From: Squalus acanthias
Lineage: Eukaryota
DNA length: 64,000 nt
Assembly (NCBI GenBank): GCA_030390025.1
Contig: CM059432.1
Location: 59,646,001 to 59,710,000, forward strand
Direction: 5' to 3'
Shown here: one piece after another, positions 1-13,924 of the stretch
Position numbering within the stretch: position 1 is the stretch's first letter
Layout of the letters: the number at the start of each line of letters is the position of its first letter
Translations under genes and position numbers: made by a program
Notes under the pieces: generated by a model
Told to the model about the DNA's origin: nothing
The model's input: only the letters and a program-made list of their open reading frames with translations
Databases searched by the model: none

Positions 1-1356
1 AAAAAAGTGTCCTATTTGCTGAAGGTGTGTCTGACAACACAGAATAGGAGCCAACTTAGACACCCACACATTAAGGAGCCACACCTGTAAGCCTCAAATT
101 GAAAGTCACGCATCTGAAACTTAACACCTCCAGATGAATTCTGCATCACAAATGGCACAAAATACAGGAAATGGAATTTTATCTCCTCATGAATAAACAC
201 GAGAATCAGAGCGGAAGTTAAAATGTACAAACTCAAAACCCTCATTCGGTCCTGAGCTTCTTACCCCCTGTAACTTGATGCAACAATAATAAACATTCAA
301 ATGTTTTTCTAAAAGGCTCGTCTATTTGATTCTTAGTATACCTAGATAAATAACGCCATTTATTGTCTCCGTACTACAAGGTTTTAGAAGACTGAATGAT
401 AAATAATTTGCTGAAACAGAAATGTACATCAAAAAACATGTATGTTCTGGATCAAAATACACTCTAGAATTAATTAGAAGGTATACAGTACTTGAGGAAA
501 AAAATAAATGCAAATAAACTTATCTAATCTACCCAAAATCTGTGGTCTAACTTATCCTGGTAAAGCTCACTTAAAACAACTGCACTGTTACCTATATTTT
601 AAGCATTTTTCCCAAGTTAGGAACCACATTCAATTTAGGCAAGAATTTAACCACAGCATCCATTTTCAAGCCACTTGGGCAAAACATTCTTGTTACAACC
701 CACAAAATACTGCCTATCAGATTTGAAAATTGTTGTTCTTAAAAATTGATAAATGTACATATTGAGGGGGAGGGGAGAGCTCTCCAAAAATTTTAAAAGC
801 CCTTTCAAAGTTGATGTCATTGCATACTACAGACCTAAAGCAACTGATACCTTTCACCTACTACAGATGAAACTACCACTTTTGCAAAGGAAAAAAAACA
901 CACACCAGATCAATAAATATACTTTCAAGTCAAGTCACTCATGTCACCACAAGATCAGTGTAGCCTGCTGAGCACCATAAATGGCTGCTTGTATGTGTGG
1001 CTAAAAGCCTTGTCTGGGAGGAGTCACAAGCAGGAATAGATTCAAGCAGTTATTGGATTACAGGGGAATGGTATGATGAAATGCAGATATCTGGATTTTA
1101 CATGCATGAAGTCATGTAGTAAGTGCAAAGGTACAGGTTGCACAGCATATTTATGTACCAATGTGCTGTGCCAGCACATGTTAAGACACATGCCTACTAG
1201 GAAGCTTGGGGAGAGGGGATAGAGAAGAGAGGCAACCGAGAAGATTAAGGTGGTTAACTATTGTTTCTTACACACACCTTCTAGCATCCCTTTATACACC
1301 AACCTTGGCAGAGACTCTGAATATTTGTTGCCTCACTGTCCATCCTCTTGGCTGAC

Positions 1357-1988
1357 TGTACATAATTGAGAGGTCGCACAACACCAGGTTATAGTCCAAC
1401 AGTTTTATTTGAAATCACAAGCTTTCGGAGCTATCGATCGCCCCTTCCTCAGGTGAAGTAAAGAAATACAGACTCGACAAAGCATATATAGAACAAAGCA
1501 TGTGTACCTTACAATTGCAGACAACTAAATTAAATCATCCTGACTATCTGCCGAGGTGTGATAAAGTTAATCAGGTCAGCCAGGAAGGTACCACATCAAA
1601 GACATAGCAAGATACAACTGAGACAATGAGGTGGAGTCGCAGGAGGTCTAACGTGTCAAAAGCTGCCGTCTGTATGTAAAACGATAAGCTGTAAAATTTT
1701 TACTTTTTTACTGGGAACCACATCTGTGAACAAGCCAACGACGACTCGAGTCCGGATCACGTCATGTATCGTGACATAAACCCAAGATCCCGGTTGAGAC
1801 CGTCTTCATGAGTGCGGAACTTGGCTATCAGTTTCTGCTCAATGATTTTGCGTTGTCGTGTGTTCCTAAGGTTGCCTTGGAGAACGCTTACCCGCAGATC
1901 CGAGGCTGAATGTCCTTGACTGCTGAAGTGTTCCCCGACTGGGAGGTAACAATCCTGCCTGGTGATTGTTGCGCGGTGCTCGTTCATA
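1357..1988 (-). mobile_element. Penelope-like element, 5'-truncated (GIY-YIG C-terminus plus pseudo-LTR)
   Basis: ORF 1757-1987 (EHRATI...VGEHFSSQGHS...EQKLIAKFRTHEDGLNRD) fits the C-terminus of a PLE GIY-YIG endonuclease. The downstream 3' region matches the pLTR copies at 20525-21135. Confidence 0.88.
1415..1456 (-). ncRNA. Minimal type I hammerhead ribozyme motif in Penelope pLTR
   Basis: Minus strand: TCAC CTGAGGA A GGGGC-GATCGATA-GCTCC GAAA GC TT GTGA, giving a CUGANGA/GAAA core, stem II, helix I TCAC/GTGA and a palindromic AAGCTT in place of helix III. Confidence 0.75.
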
Positions 1989-2379
1989 CAGAACAGACTT
2001 TAAAAGAGAAATAGCTTAAAGGAAACAAAACCAAATTTGGGAAAAAAATGCAGACTCACAGCTTGGTTTAGGTAATTAATCATAATTTTAATAGACTTTT
2101 TCAAGCAACTATTTAGCAATAATGTACCCTTTGGGCAGGTTGCTTCTGGGCAATGAAGCTATACCCTAGGAGGGTATTTTTTTTTAAATATATATATTTT
2201 AGTAAATTTTATGTTCATCAAGGAAAGGATGTCAGTACTGGGACATGAAACACTTTCCATTTCAAGCACCCGGTGTCTGCATTACACACTCCAAGGTGAG
2301 GTACAGCATTAGGACACATTCACATTAACTGCAGCACTGGACACCAGAGCAAAGAAAAGCAAGACTTCCCTGGAAGTAT

Positions 2380-3128
2380 TGGGAAGATCGAAGCCATTGT
2401 CTTCAGTCCCCGCCACAAACTCCATTCCCTAGCCACCAACTCCATCCCTCTCCCTGGCCACCTTTCGCAACCATGGCGTTATACATGATCCCAAAATGAG
2501 CTCCCGACCCCACATCCTCTCAATCACCAAGACCGCCTACTTCCACCTCCGTAACATCATCAGTCTCCGCTCCTGCCTCAGCTCATCTGCTGCTGAAACC
2601 CTCATCCATGCCTTAGTTACCTCTAGACTCGACTATTCCAATGCTGTCTTCCCATCTTGCAAACTTGAGCTCATCCAAAACTCTGCTGCCCGTGTCTTAA
2701 CTCGCACCAATTCCCGTTCACCAATCACCCCGATGCTCGCTGACCTACACTGGCTCCTGGTCCAGCAACACCATGATTTAAAAATTCTCATCCTTGTTAT
2801 CAAATCCTGCCATGGTCTCGCCCTTCTCCAACTGTAACCTCCTCCAGCTCTGGCCTCTTGCTCAACCATGATTTTCTCTGCTTCACCAGTGGCAGCCGTG
2901 CCTTCATCTGCCTAGGCCCTAAGCTCTGGAATTACCTCCCTAAAGCTCTCTACCTCTCTCTCTTCCTTTAAGATGCTTCTTAAAACCTATCTCTGATCAA
3001 GCTTCATCACCACCTGTCAATATCTTTGTGGCTCAGAGTCAAATTTTGTTTGATAATCACTCCTGTGAAGCCCCTTGAGGAGTTTTACCATGTTAAAGGA
3101 GCTATATAAATGCAAGTTGTTGTTGTTG
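2380..3128 (+). mobile_element. L2-type LINE 3' fragment
   Basis: RT C-terminal remnant (AYFHLRNI...TSRLDYSN...QNSAARVL...LHWL) ending in a TATAAATGCAAG(TTG)n tail. Confidence 0.85.
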
Positions 3129-3587
3129 AGGAGGTAGTCTCACTCCAATTCATTTCAGAGTCAGTTTGGGCTTTGACACCCAAGTTACACTCCCCAAGTT
3201 TAGTATCAATGAATACCCTAAATAGCTATGCGCCAGTGCTAAACTTATGTGATGCACCATTAGATGCTGACTAAAGATCCTCCTCTCTGCCCCAAGACTA
3301 TGCCTTGGGCCCAAACCCAGAAGAGGATTCCTTCTACACTAGTGTGACCATTTCCCACTAGTCATTAGTGCCAAATAAGGGCAGTTCTGCACTAAGGACC
3401 GATGTCCACGAAGAACTGTATCAAAACTGGCCAAAGCAATTTCATGTAGCACCCTTCCAGCCAGTAAATGCACAATATTCATCCCGGGGCAGGATTTAAA
3501 GACAGTTTCCAGAGGTGAAAGGCCAGAGTCTAAAGCACTGCACCACCTAGTTAAGAAATCCCCCTTTTAATTAAGGTTGATCAAGAG

Positions 3588-3752
3588 CAATGTTCCCCCT
3601 AATTTTAAATATGGGTGCGCGGTTCCTTTAATGGGCTGCGCGGCCCATTTAAAGTTTTGCGCATGCGTGAAATTTGACATTGGAAAAGCTGGTCCGAGCT
3701 GCGCGGGACCGGCAGACAGCTACATGGCCACGCAGGTTTAGAGGGAACGTTG
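3588..3752. mobile_element. hAT-type MITE (165 bp)
   Basis: TIRs CAATGTTCCCCCTAA / TTAGAGGGAACGTTG; 8-bp flanks ATCAAGAG / ATGAAGAG match at 7 of 8 positions. Confidence 0.75.
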
Positions 3753-3760
3753 ATGAAGAG

Positions 3761-4660
3761 CCTGTCCCATCTGGACCAGGTGACTTCTCTACTTTGAGCG
3801 GTCAATCTTTTAAGTACATCCTCTCTATTTTTATCCTATCCAATATTGCTACTGCCTCCTTCTTGACTGCTACTTGATTGGTAGCATCCTCTTCTCTAGT
3901 GAAGACAGATGCAAAGTACTCATTTAGTACCTCAGTCATGCCCTCTGCCTTCACAAGATCTCCTTCTTTTTGGTCCCTAATCAGCCCCACCCTTCCACTA
4001 TTTATGTGTTTTTAAAATACTTTTGGGTTCCCTTTTATGTTAGCCACTAATCTATTCTCATACTCTCTCTCTTTGCCCCTCATTCCCATTTTTAGATCTC
4101 CTCTGTACTTTCTATATACAGCTTGGTTCTCTATTGTATTATGAACCTTACAATTGCCATAAGCCCCCTTTTTCGGTCTCATTTTAACCTCTATATCTTT
4201 AGTCATCCAGGGAGTTCTAGCTTGGGATGCCCTTCCTTTCCCCCCCCTCTACTCTGTACCCGAACCATCTTCTCTTTCTAGGTCTCCCATTGTTCAATTA
4301 CTGTTTTACTTACCAACTTTTGATTTCCAATCTCACCTGCGCCAGGATCCCTTTTCAACTCACTGAAGCTAGCCCGCTCCAGTTAAGTATTTTTATGCTT
4401 GATTGTACCTTGTTCTTTTCCAAAACTATTCTAAATCTGAAAATATTATGATCACTGTTCCCAAAATGCACTCCCACTGAAACAGGCTCCACTTGCCCCA
4501 CTTCATTCCCCAGAACTAGATCAGCACTGCTTCCTTGCTGGTTGGGCTGGAAACACACTTGTACACATTTCAGGAATTCCTCATGCCCTTTGCCCTTTAC
4601 ACTGTTACTATCCGAGTCTATATAAGGATAATGGAAGTCCCTCATTATCACTACTCTGTA
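3761..4660 (-). mobile_element. CR1 LINE internal fragment (endonuclease end and linker)
   Basis: Frameshifted pieces HFGNSDHN, NIKGNPKVF and VLNEYFASVFT match the other CR1 ORF2 copies in this window. Confidence 0.85.
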
Positions 4661-5462
4661 GATAGACCATAGATGAAAAGACTGCCTTGTAGGTCTGGTC
4701 ATTAGGCTCAGCTAACGAGGTTCTGGCACCAGAAATAGACATTGCAAGCTTCTTCATATCAAAGTCACTAAATAACAATTTCTGTGCTGAGCCAAAAGCC
4801 TCTCGAACAAAAGCACAAAGTGATCTCATGTCCACAAACAGTGAGTATAAAAGAACAACATGAACAAAGGAGCCTCTTGAAATCAGCTATTAGAGGATGA
4901 GCCAGTTTCAGCAAATGATGCCACACTGTCCCAATTGTGGACGAGCTGAATTTCATTTAAAATCTCCATCAAGGACACAGAGGGCAACTCACAATTTGGT
5001 TAGTCTGTCGGCCATAATCAGGTGACTTATCAGCTGTGAAAGCTTGGACTGCGTTTACTGGGAACACAAAAAGCCTAAACAGCTCCCTCCAAAAATGTCC
5101 ACCATCAATAGGGAAGGGGCAGAATAAATTTAAATTAAAAGATGCTCATACGAGCTACTACTGTACTCTAATTAGGTCAGCCAAACAACATTTGAGATCA
5201 AACTGGTCTTGGCTAGACTGACTGCTGGAAGATATGTAAATCTTTCACCCCTCCAAATTGCTTAATTTTATCTGTCTTACTGTCATTAATATCACAAAAT
5301 AAAGCTACATCAATTAGCAATACACAGGATTAAATTAAAAAATTCCACTGTGAAATACTATCCAGATAAAGGCATAGTTCTATAATATTAATACTGCTCC
5401 GGCAGCAAACAGCAGCATTTGTTAGCATGGGTGCAAAACTATCCCTAATTTGATGGCTGATG

Positions 5463-6749
5463 TGGGAAACATCCTTTATGACTGTGACAAAGGTAAACTT
5501 TCCCTCCTCATCCTTCTCGACTAGTCTGCAGCCTTTGACATGGTTGACCACTCCATCCTCCTCAAACGCCTCTCCACCGTCGTCCAGCTGGGTGGGACTG
5601 CACTCGCCTGGTTCATTCTTATCTATCTAATTGTAGCCAGAGAATCACCTGCAATGGCTTCTCTTCCCGCTCCCGCATTGTTACCACTGGTGTCCCCGAG
5701 GATCTATCCTTGGCCTCATCCTAGTTATCATCTACATGCTGCCCCTCGGAGATATCGTCCAAAAACACAGCATCACTTTCGACATGTACATTGACGACAC
5801 CCAGCTCTACCTCACCACCACTTCTCTCGACCCCTCTACGGTCTCTAAATTGTCAGTCTGCTTGTCCAGCATCCAGTACTGGATGAGCAGAAATTTTCTC
5901 CAATTAAATATTGGAAAGACCGAAGCCATTGTCTTCGATTCCCGCCACAAACTCCGTTCCCTGGCCACCAACTCCATCCCTCTCCCTAACATCTGTCTGA
6001 GGCTGAACCAGACTGTTCGCAACCTTGGTGTCATATTTGACCCTGAAATGAGCTTCCGACCACATATCCTTGCCATAACTAAGACAGCCTATTTCCACTT
6101 CCGTAACATTGCCCGTCTCCGCCCCTGCCTCAGCTCATCTGCTGCTGAAATCCTCATCCATGCCTTTGTTACCTCTAGACTTGACTATTCCAACACACTC
6201 CTGGCTGGCCTCCCATGTTCTACCCCACGCAAACTTGAGGTCATCCAAAACTCGGCTACCCATGTCCGAACTCGCACCAAGTCCCGTTCACCCATCAACC
6301 CTGTGCTCACTGACCTACATTGGCTCCCGGTTAAGTAACGCCTTGATTTTAAAATTCTTGTCCTTGTTTTCAAATCCCTCCATGGCCTCGCCCCTCCCTA
6401 TCTCTCTAATCCCACAACGCGCACACCCCCCCCCACCCCCGAGATATCTGCGCTCCTTTAATTCTGCCCTCTTGAGCATCCCTGATTTTAATCGCTCAAT
6501 CATTGGTGGCTGTGCCTTCAGCTGCCTTGGCCCTAAGCTCTGGAATTCCCTCCCTAAACCTCTCCATCTCTCTGTCCTCCTTTAAGATGCTCCTTAAAAC
6601 CTAGCTCTTTGACCAAGCTTTGGTCATCTGCCTTAATTTCTCCTTATGTGGCTCCTTGTCAAATTTTTTTCTCTTATAACACTCCTGTGAAGCGCCGTGG
6701 TATGTTTTACAATGTTAAAGGCGATATATAAATAAAAGTTGTTGTTGTT
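5463..6749 (+). mobile_element. L2-type LINE, 3' part of RT and tail
   Basis: LSAAFDMVDH region, YIDDTQLY (YADD-like), SRLDYSN, LHWLPV, then a (TTG)n tail. Confidence 0.9.
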
Positions 6750-6954
6750 ACACATACTCAAAGCGTCTTCGGGAATCCTGCTTGTTGCCATACATAATGC
6801 ATAGTGCAGGATCACTTCTATATCAAGTTTCAAATTCAAGACTGATATCCTCTTTCTTCGGAAAAAAAGGGATTTTGTGGATGTTAATGTAGCCTACATA
6901 TATCTGATCAGAATTGCATCAAAGCATATTACTTATTTAATCAATTGCCTGTTC

Positions 6955-7150
6955 AAGAAAATCTGGAACTCTCTTCCCCAAAAAGCAATTAAAAATTTCA
7001 AAACTGAGATTAATAGATTTTTTTTTAGGCAAGGATACTAAGGGATATGGAACCAAGTCGGGTAAATGCAGTTAAGATACAAGTCAGCCAGAATCTAATT
7101 AAATGGCGGAACCGGCTTGAGGGGCTGAATGGCCTACTCCTGTTCCTATG
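6955..7150 (+). mobile_element. CR1 3' end fragment
   Basis: WNSLP-coding remnant and the CR1 tail GAATGGCCTACTCCTGTTCCTATG. Confidence 0.7.
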
Positions 7151-7315
7151 TAAAAGTCATCACAAACCATAGCTCCTATGGAAATTGATTGTCTCCTTTC
7201 TGAGCAAGGTTCGAGCAGCCCACACAGTAGTGTAGCAATAAGTCTATAACATAGATTTTGGTTCTGCTCATGTAGAGAAATATTCCTGATATAATCATTG
7301 TCAAACACACCGTCA

Positions 7316-7516
<201 letters not shown>

Positions 7517-7694
7517 TTACCTTTCATTAGCAAAGACAGCAGATAAAATCACTAGCTTGTTTATAGTTGAGAGGACATTTCAATGACAATCATTCAACTT
7601 AGTTTATTCTGCATATATAGTCTACTCATGAAAATTCAAAGTGAGTCATGCTTAAATAAAATTAACTATGCAGTAATTTGAATTAAGCAATACA

Positions 7695-7960
7695 GTGGGA
7701 TTTAGCACAGAAACAGGCCATTGGGCCCAACTGGTCTATGCCAGCATTTATGCTCCACAAGAGCCTCCTCTCACCCCTCTTCATCTAACTCCATCAACAT
7801 ATCCTTCTATTCCTTTTTCCCTCATGTGCTCATCTAGCTGCTCCTTAAATGCATCTATGCTATGCACCTCAAGCGCTCCTTGTGGTAGCACATTCCACAT
7901 TCTTACCACTCTTCGGAGAAATTTCTTTACCCAGAATTCCCTATTGAATTTACGGGTTAA
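7695..7960 (-). mobile_element. CR1 3' end fragment
   Basis: RVVRMWNVLP...IDAFK...LDEHMREKGIEGY plus 3' UTR. Confidence 0.75.
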
Positions 7961-8264
7961 CAATATGGATTATTTCAGTTCCTCTATTATAAAAGAGTGA
8001 TGGCCTTAAGAAGCTCAATGTCAGATTCAAAAACTTTTCATCAGAAATTCAAGAGTTTGAATCTCCATTCTGCCCGTGGTAGGACTCCGGAGCTGCCAGA
8101 GCATCAGCTGAAGATTTGCCAGTTCTAGCTTGTATAAGTATATTCGTTCAAGGCAAATATGGTTTTAAAATATGCAAGTCTGCTAGTGTAATCACTAAAA
8201 ATTTCTATATTTCCTACCTGGATTCTGAATAAATATGTATTGTGCACAACTGCTACAATCTTCC

Positions 8265-8623
8265 CTTGAGTTTAGAAGGTTGAGGGGTGATCTAATTGAG
8301 GTGTTTAAAATGATAAAAGGATTCGATAGAGTAGATACAGTGAAGCTATTTCTTTTGGTGGTGGATTCCAGAACAAGGGGGTAGAGCTAGACCATTCAGG
8401 AGTGAAATCAGGAAACACTTGTTCACCCAAAGGGTAGCTGAAATCTGGAACTCTTCCCGAAAAGGCTGTGGATGCTGGCTCAATTGAAATTTTCAATACT
8501 AAGATTGACAGGCTTTTATAAAGCAAGAGGGATCAAAGGCGGGTAAATGGAGTTGAGGTACAGATGAGCTAATTAAATGGCAGAACAGGCTCAATGGGCT
8601 TAATAGCCTACTCTTGTTCCTAT
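8265..8623 (+). mobile_element. CR1 3' end fragment
   Basis: RRLRGDLIEVFK-like coding remnant and CR1 tail. Confidence 0.75.
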
Positions 8624-8890
8624 ATACAGTTCAATTTGCAAAACGCACAATAGAGTGCATTTCATAAAGTGATGAACAGTGGAGATAATTTGCTCTTAAT
8701 GTGTAGAATTCAGGCACACATCGAGGACTCTATTCGATATACATCATTTAATGTGTTGGAAGAGCAAAAAGTTATAAAATAGCACGAAGCACAATAGCTC
8801 ATATCACTAATGAAGTATTCTGTATAATTGCAGATCCAACATCCTTACCCATGTCTTTACAAAGCAGAAAAATTAACAGGCTGAATTAAT

Positions 8891-10831
8891 GGCCCGGATT
8901 TTACGGTGATAATGGCAGCGAAACGGTCAGCGTTCACCGTCATTACCGCTCTGAAAATGACCGTAACTTCAGGATTTAGTGCATGTGCAGGTAAATGCTG
9001 AAATCCTGAAGTTGTAGTCCGTCCCTGCTCCGCCACAGGCTGCGCTGTGAAACTCCCCATAGCCGGCAATCACTGAAATCACTTGAACTGATGAAAAGTT
9101 CCCCTTTTCTGCTCTAATAATCGGTGTTAAAAATCCCATAAAAGTTAAACCTTATTCAATGAGGTGTAACTGTTTTTTTTTTAAAAACGGCGTTGAGTAA
9201 TAACTAATGCCGAGCAACCGTTCTGGCTGTGAAAAACTAATTTTATATTTGTGAAATGTTAAATTTCTGCATTATGGAGAGGCTCAATAAGATGCCACAC
9301 AAGGGGTTATTAAACAAAATTAGGGCTCATGGGAGTAAACAAAATTAGGGCTCATGGGATTGGGGGTAATATAGTAGCATGGATTGAGGATTGGTTAACG
9401 GACAGAAAACAGAGAGTAGGAATAAACGGGTCATTTTCAGGTTGGCAGGCTGTAACTAGTGGGGTACTGCAAGGATCAGTGCTTGGGCCTCAGCTATTCA
9501 CAATCTACATCAATGATTTGGATGAGGGGACCAAATGTAATATATCCAAGTTTGCTGATGATACAAAGCTGGGTGGGAATGTAAGGTGTGAGGAGGATGC
9601 AAGGAGGCTTCAAGGGGATATAGACAGGCTAAGTGAGTGAGCAAGAACATGGCAAATGGAATATAATGTGGAGAAATGTGAACTTATCCACTTTGGTAGG
9701 AAAAATAGAAAAGCAGAGTATTTTTTAAATGGTGAGAGATTTGTTCAAAAGGGACCTGGGTGTCCTTGTACACGAATCACTGAAAGTTAACATGCAGGTA
9801 CAGCAAGCAATTAGGAAAGCAAATGGTATGTTAGCCTTTATTACAACAGGATTTGAGTGCAAGAGTAAAGATGTCTTACTGCAATTATATAGGGCCCTGG
9901 TGAGACCACACCTGGAGTACAGTTTTGATCTCCATACCTAAGGAAGGATATACTTGCCGTAGAGGGAGTGCAACAAAGTTTCACCAGACTGGTTCCTGGG
10001 ATGGAGGGATTGTCTTATGAGGACAGATTGATAGACTATGCCTATATTCTCTAGAGTTTAGAAGAATGAGACACGATCTCATTGAAACATACAAAATTCT
10101 TACAGGTCTTGACAGGGTAGATGCAGAGAGGATGTTTCCCCTGCCTGGGGAGTCTCGAACCAGGGGTCACAGTCTCAGAATAAGGAGTAGCCCATTTAGG
10201 ACTGAGATGAGGAGAAATTTCTTCACACAGAGGGTGGTGAATCTTTGGAATTCTCTACCCCAGAGTGCTGTGGAGGCTCAGTCATTGAGTATATTCAAGA
10301 CAGAGATCGATAGATTTTTGAATATTAAGGGAATCAAGGGATATGAGGATAGTTCAGGAAAGTGGAGATGAGGTAGAAGATCAGCAAAGATCTTATTGAA
10401 TGGCGGAGCAGGCTCGAAGGGCCAAATGGCCTACTCCTGCTCCTATTTCTTATGTTATGGTAAAAATTACTAGATTTTTAAAATAATTTTTAAAAATTAG
10501 AAGTTTGCTTATATGTCAGTTTCTACCTTAATCCCATGTGTATGTGCCAATCCTTATTTCACTCTTAAATTTTTTTTTAAAGTGAATGATAAAAGCTTTT
10601 TATTTCCTGGTTTACGGTCTGTGAGAATTCTTCAATGTGATTGGCTGCTTAGACAGCTTGATGACATCACTGCTGCTGTACACTGCAGATATCCTATAGA
10701 CAGTGCTACAATAAAATTAACATTGAGAAAACTAAAGTTTTCACCACAAAGATTGCGAGATCTTGTGGGCAGCTTTTTGCGAGGTCAGCAGTGATCACTG
10801 TCACTTCGCCGCTGACCGCAAATTCCGGGCC
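8891..10831. mobile_element. PIF/Harbinger-type MITE interrupted by a CR1
   Basis: TIRs GGCCCGGATTTTACGGT / ACCGCAAATTCCGGGCC and a 3-bp TSD AAT on both sides. Confidence 0.8.
9278..10458 (+). mobile_element. CR1 LINE, 5'-truncated, nested in the MITE
   Basis: RT motifs [27 protein letters not shown] and WNSLP, then the CR1 tail; possible TTATGG TSD. Confidence 0.9.
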
Positions 10832-10837
10832 AATATG

Positions 10838-10953
10838 CTTTCCTACATTACAACAGTGACTACACTACAAATGCAATTAATTTTGGCTGTGAAATATTTT
10901 AGCACATCCTGAGGTTGTGAAAGACGCTGCATAAGTGCAAGTTCATTCTTTCT
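10838..10953 (+). mobile_element. Deu-SINE 3' tail fragment
   Basis: TACATTACAACAGTGACTACAC...TCCTGAGGTTGTGAAAG...TGCAAG matches the tails of the SINEs at 35626 and 47626. Confidence 0.6.
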
Positions 10954-11842
10954 TACACTTGTTTGGAAAGGACCACAAGTACTGTGAAACTGCATAGATG
11001 GTACTGACTCCAGTGTTGCATGGCATTTACTGCACATCAGGCCTGATGCACCAGAGTCAGGCTGGCCCAACAGGCTTTTAATACAGCTTGCTTCTGGGTT
11101 GTCCATTAGTTTTTTGCCATCGTTCTAATTTTTCTTAAAAACCCAGAACACTTAAAACATTTCCCATAGTAACAAAGTAACATGGCACATTATAAAATAA
11201 GTTCCAGACAAAATAACTCAATCAGCTTCAAAATATTTATATCACCAGCTCATACCAAAACTTTAAGTACTTAATTTTCCTTTTAAACTCAGTTTGAAGC
11301 TTTCCATGGAAAGTCACGGGGACATGTTATGGTGATATCCTCTGCAAATTTTAGGTTTATGACCGTAGAGAGCATGATCTAACATGTTTGAGCATAACTA
11401 GATCAACCAGCAGCTGAGTTAACCGCAGACTTTAAACAAGGTTCTAACTACTGAATCATGCAAATATCCTCAGACATACCAAATACAGAGCATTAAAAAA
11501 CATCAGATTGAAAAATACTATTTTGACCAACTGTTCAGCAAACAAAACATCCAATAACCACATAGCTATTACCTGCAAGACATGCACAACCACAGAGGTT
11601 TCTGTGGCCTTCCCTGTAAATAACTGTAGCATAAGTTTATCATGGAGGTCTGACTTTACCCAGAGGGCACTGCTATAAAGACAAGAAATTGGCGATTTCA
11701 GTAGCTGTCACTACAAAAAAAAGCTTCAATTGCACAACCAAAATCAATTCTTAATGTCCTGCAAGTCATTGATTTTTTCTTTAAAAGCTATTAAATCAGT
11801 CTTTGGATGCAATTTTTATCTGTGAGTTCCAGCTCAGGTAGA

Positions 11843-11922
11843 AGGATAGGAGAACCAGCAAGTTAATATTTGTTTTAGCTTATTTTAATTTTCAAATATT
11901 AACTTGCTGGTTCTCCTATCCT
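11843..11922. repeat. Perfect 30-bp inverted repeat with 20-nt spacer
   Basis: AGGATAGGAGAACCAGCAAGTTAATATTTG (11843-11872) and its exact reverse complement (11893-11922). Confidence 0.95.
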
Positions 11923-13239
11923 GAAGTGGAGGTTTGACTCAGACATCTCAAATTAGACAAGCGAATATTTTAAATATAGACAAAACTCTAGATTTCCAAG
12001 TTATTTCAGACAGAAAACATGATCTGAAGAGAAATGGCTGCATATCATTTAATTACAACAATCAGCATGACTGATCGCCACAATTTGAAAATACTTACGA
12101 GCTAAACTACAGTTTGACGAGCCTAAAGGAAGATGTTTGCATCAACAACAACTTGTATTTATATAGCACCTTTAACGTAGTAAAACGTCCCAAGGCACTT
12201 CACAGGAGTATTAAAAGACAAAAAATGACAGCCAACTCTAAGCAGAGAAATGTTCTCAGGCCAACAACTGAGAATCTTTAAACTGATGATTCAACACTGA
12301 TCCTTAATATTTGCCCAATTCTTTAATTTATGCCTTTCAGGCAGATCTGAACAACAAACATTACATAAACAGATTACAGCGCATCTTCATGTACTGAGCA
12401 CAGCAAACTTATGCCCACAAATACAACTCAGTTGCTGTAAATTTCACTTACCAAAAATGTTTCACAGGTTGACCAGGTTAGAGTTTCAAATGTTTTAAGG
12501 ATCTATATATTGTAGGATTACTCACGCTTTTTCCAATTATATCGACTGGAGATGACAAAACAGCCATGTCATTTATTGCTTTGATTATAGAATTATTTTG
12601 AACTGAATAAATCTTTGCAAATGGGTATATAAATACTCCAGGTGCTTATCCTAGAAATTCTATTTTTTTGTCTTAAAAACCAATACTTCTCCTACTTTGT
12701 AGTCTGCAGTATTATACCAAGTCAAATGCCAATAAATATTTTATGACACCGAATAATCCAAACACTATTAAAGACAATACTGCACAGATTTGATTATTGT
12801 TGCAAATTCATGACCCCAGTTGCTGCTTTCGAGCTCTTGCCACATCATAATTACAATTCTGAATCTCAACAGCGACTGCTACTCCTGTACAATTATACAC
12901 AAGTGTAACCCGTTTCAATAGTTGTCATCCAATCTGAAACGGTGAAGTATCCAAATAGCCCCCAATTAAAATCAATTCATCAACCCCGCTTCCTGTTGAT
13001 CAATCTAAAACTGCAGAGTTGGTGTCAGAAGCAACCCATAAAATTCTTCTTTCAAAAGAGATGGGCTCAGATGCAAACAACAATATATTCAGGGAGACAC
13101 CAGTGAGAGTGGGGGAAATCATTGTCTGATTCAGTTCTGAAAACTGTCTGCATGGACTGCCAAAAAAGTAAAATTCACATGTGTCTGGACTTGCAATCCT
13201 ATTTAAAACCACTTTAAACTGTGATTTAAAAACATAACT

Positions 13240-13645
13240 AAACAACAAGTATTTATATAGCACCTTTAACGTAGTAAAACACCCCAAGGCGCTTCACAGG
13301 AGTATTTTAAGACACAATATTTGACACCGAGCCACATAAGGAGAAATTAAGGCAGGTGACCAAAATTCGTCAAAGAGGTAGGTTTTAAGGAGTGTCTTAA
13401 AGGAGGAAAGAGAGGTAGAGAGACGGAGAGGTTTAGGGAGGGAATTCCAGAGCTTAGGGCCTAGGCAACAGAAGGCACGACCACCAATGGTTGAGCGATT
13501 ATAATCAGGGATGCTCAAGAGGGCAGAATTAGAGGAGCACAGATATCTCGGGTGGTTGTGGGGCTGAAGGAGATTACAGAGATAGGAAGGGGCGAGACCA
13601 TGGAGGGATTTGAAAACAAGGATGAGAATTTTGAAATCGAGTCAT
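13240..13645 (-). mobile_element. L2 3' end (a shorter tail-only copy lies at about 12143-12225)
   Basis: RAFCCLGPKLWNSLP...SFKTLLKTYLF and an (AAC)n tail on the plus strand. Confidence 0.85.
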
Positions 13646-13924
13646 TAATTATCTAAGTTTTGTGCTGCACTGCATATTAATCTTTGGCTTCAAATCACGG
13701 ATCAATCAATTTATTGATACCCAGTCAATTGATTTCTCCAGTTTTTAAAAAAATCTGTTATCGAAGAATTCAAAAAATCCTTCAGGCCTTTAAAGAGGCT
13801 ACACAGAAATAGAAATTTAGGGGATACGGTAGCATAGTCGTTTTCTTTTGTATGGTGGTAGCAAAGCAAATCAAATGTCAATATCTAAGTCAGATATCCA
13901 GGCCAAAACTTCCGGATCGGCGAT

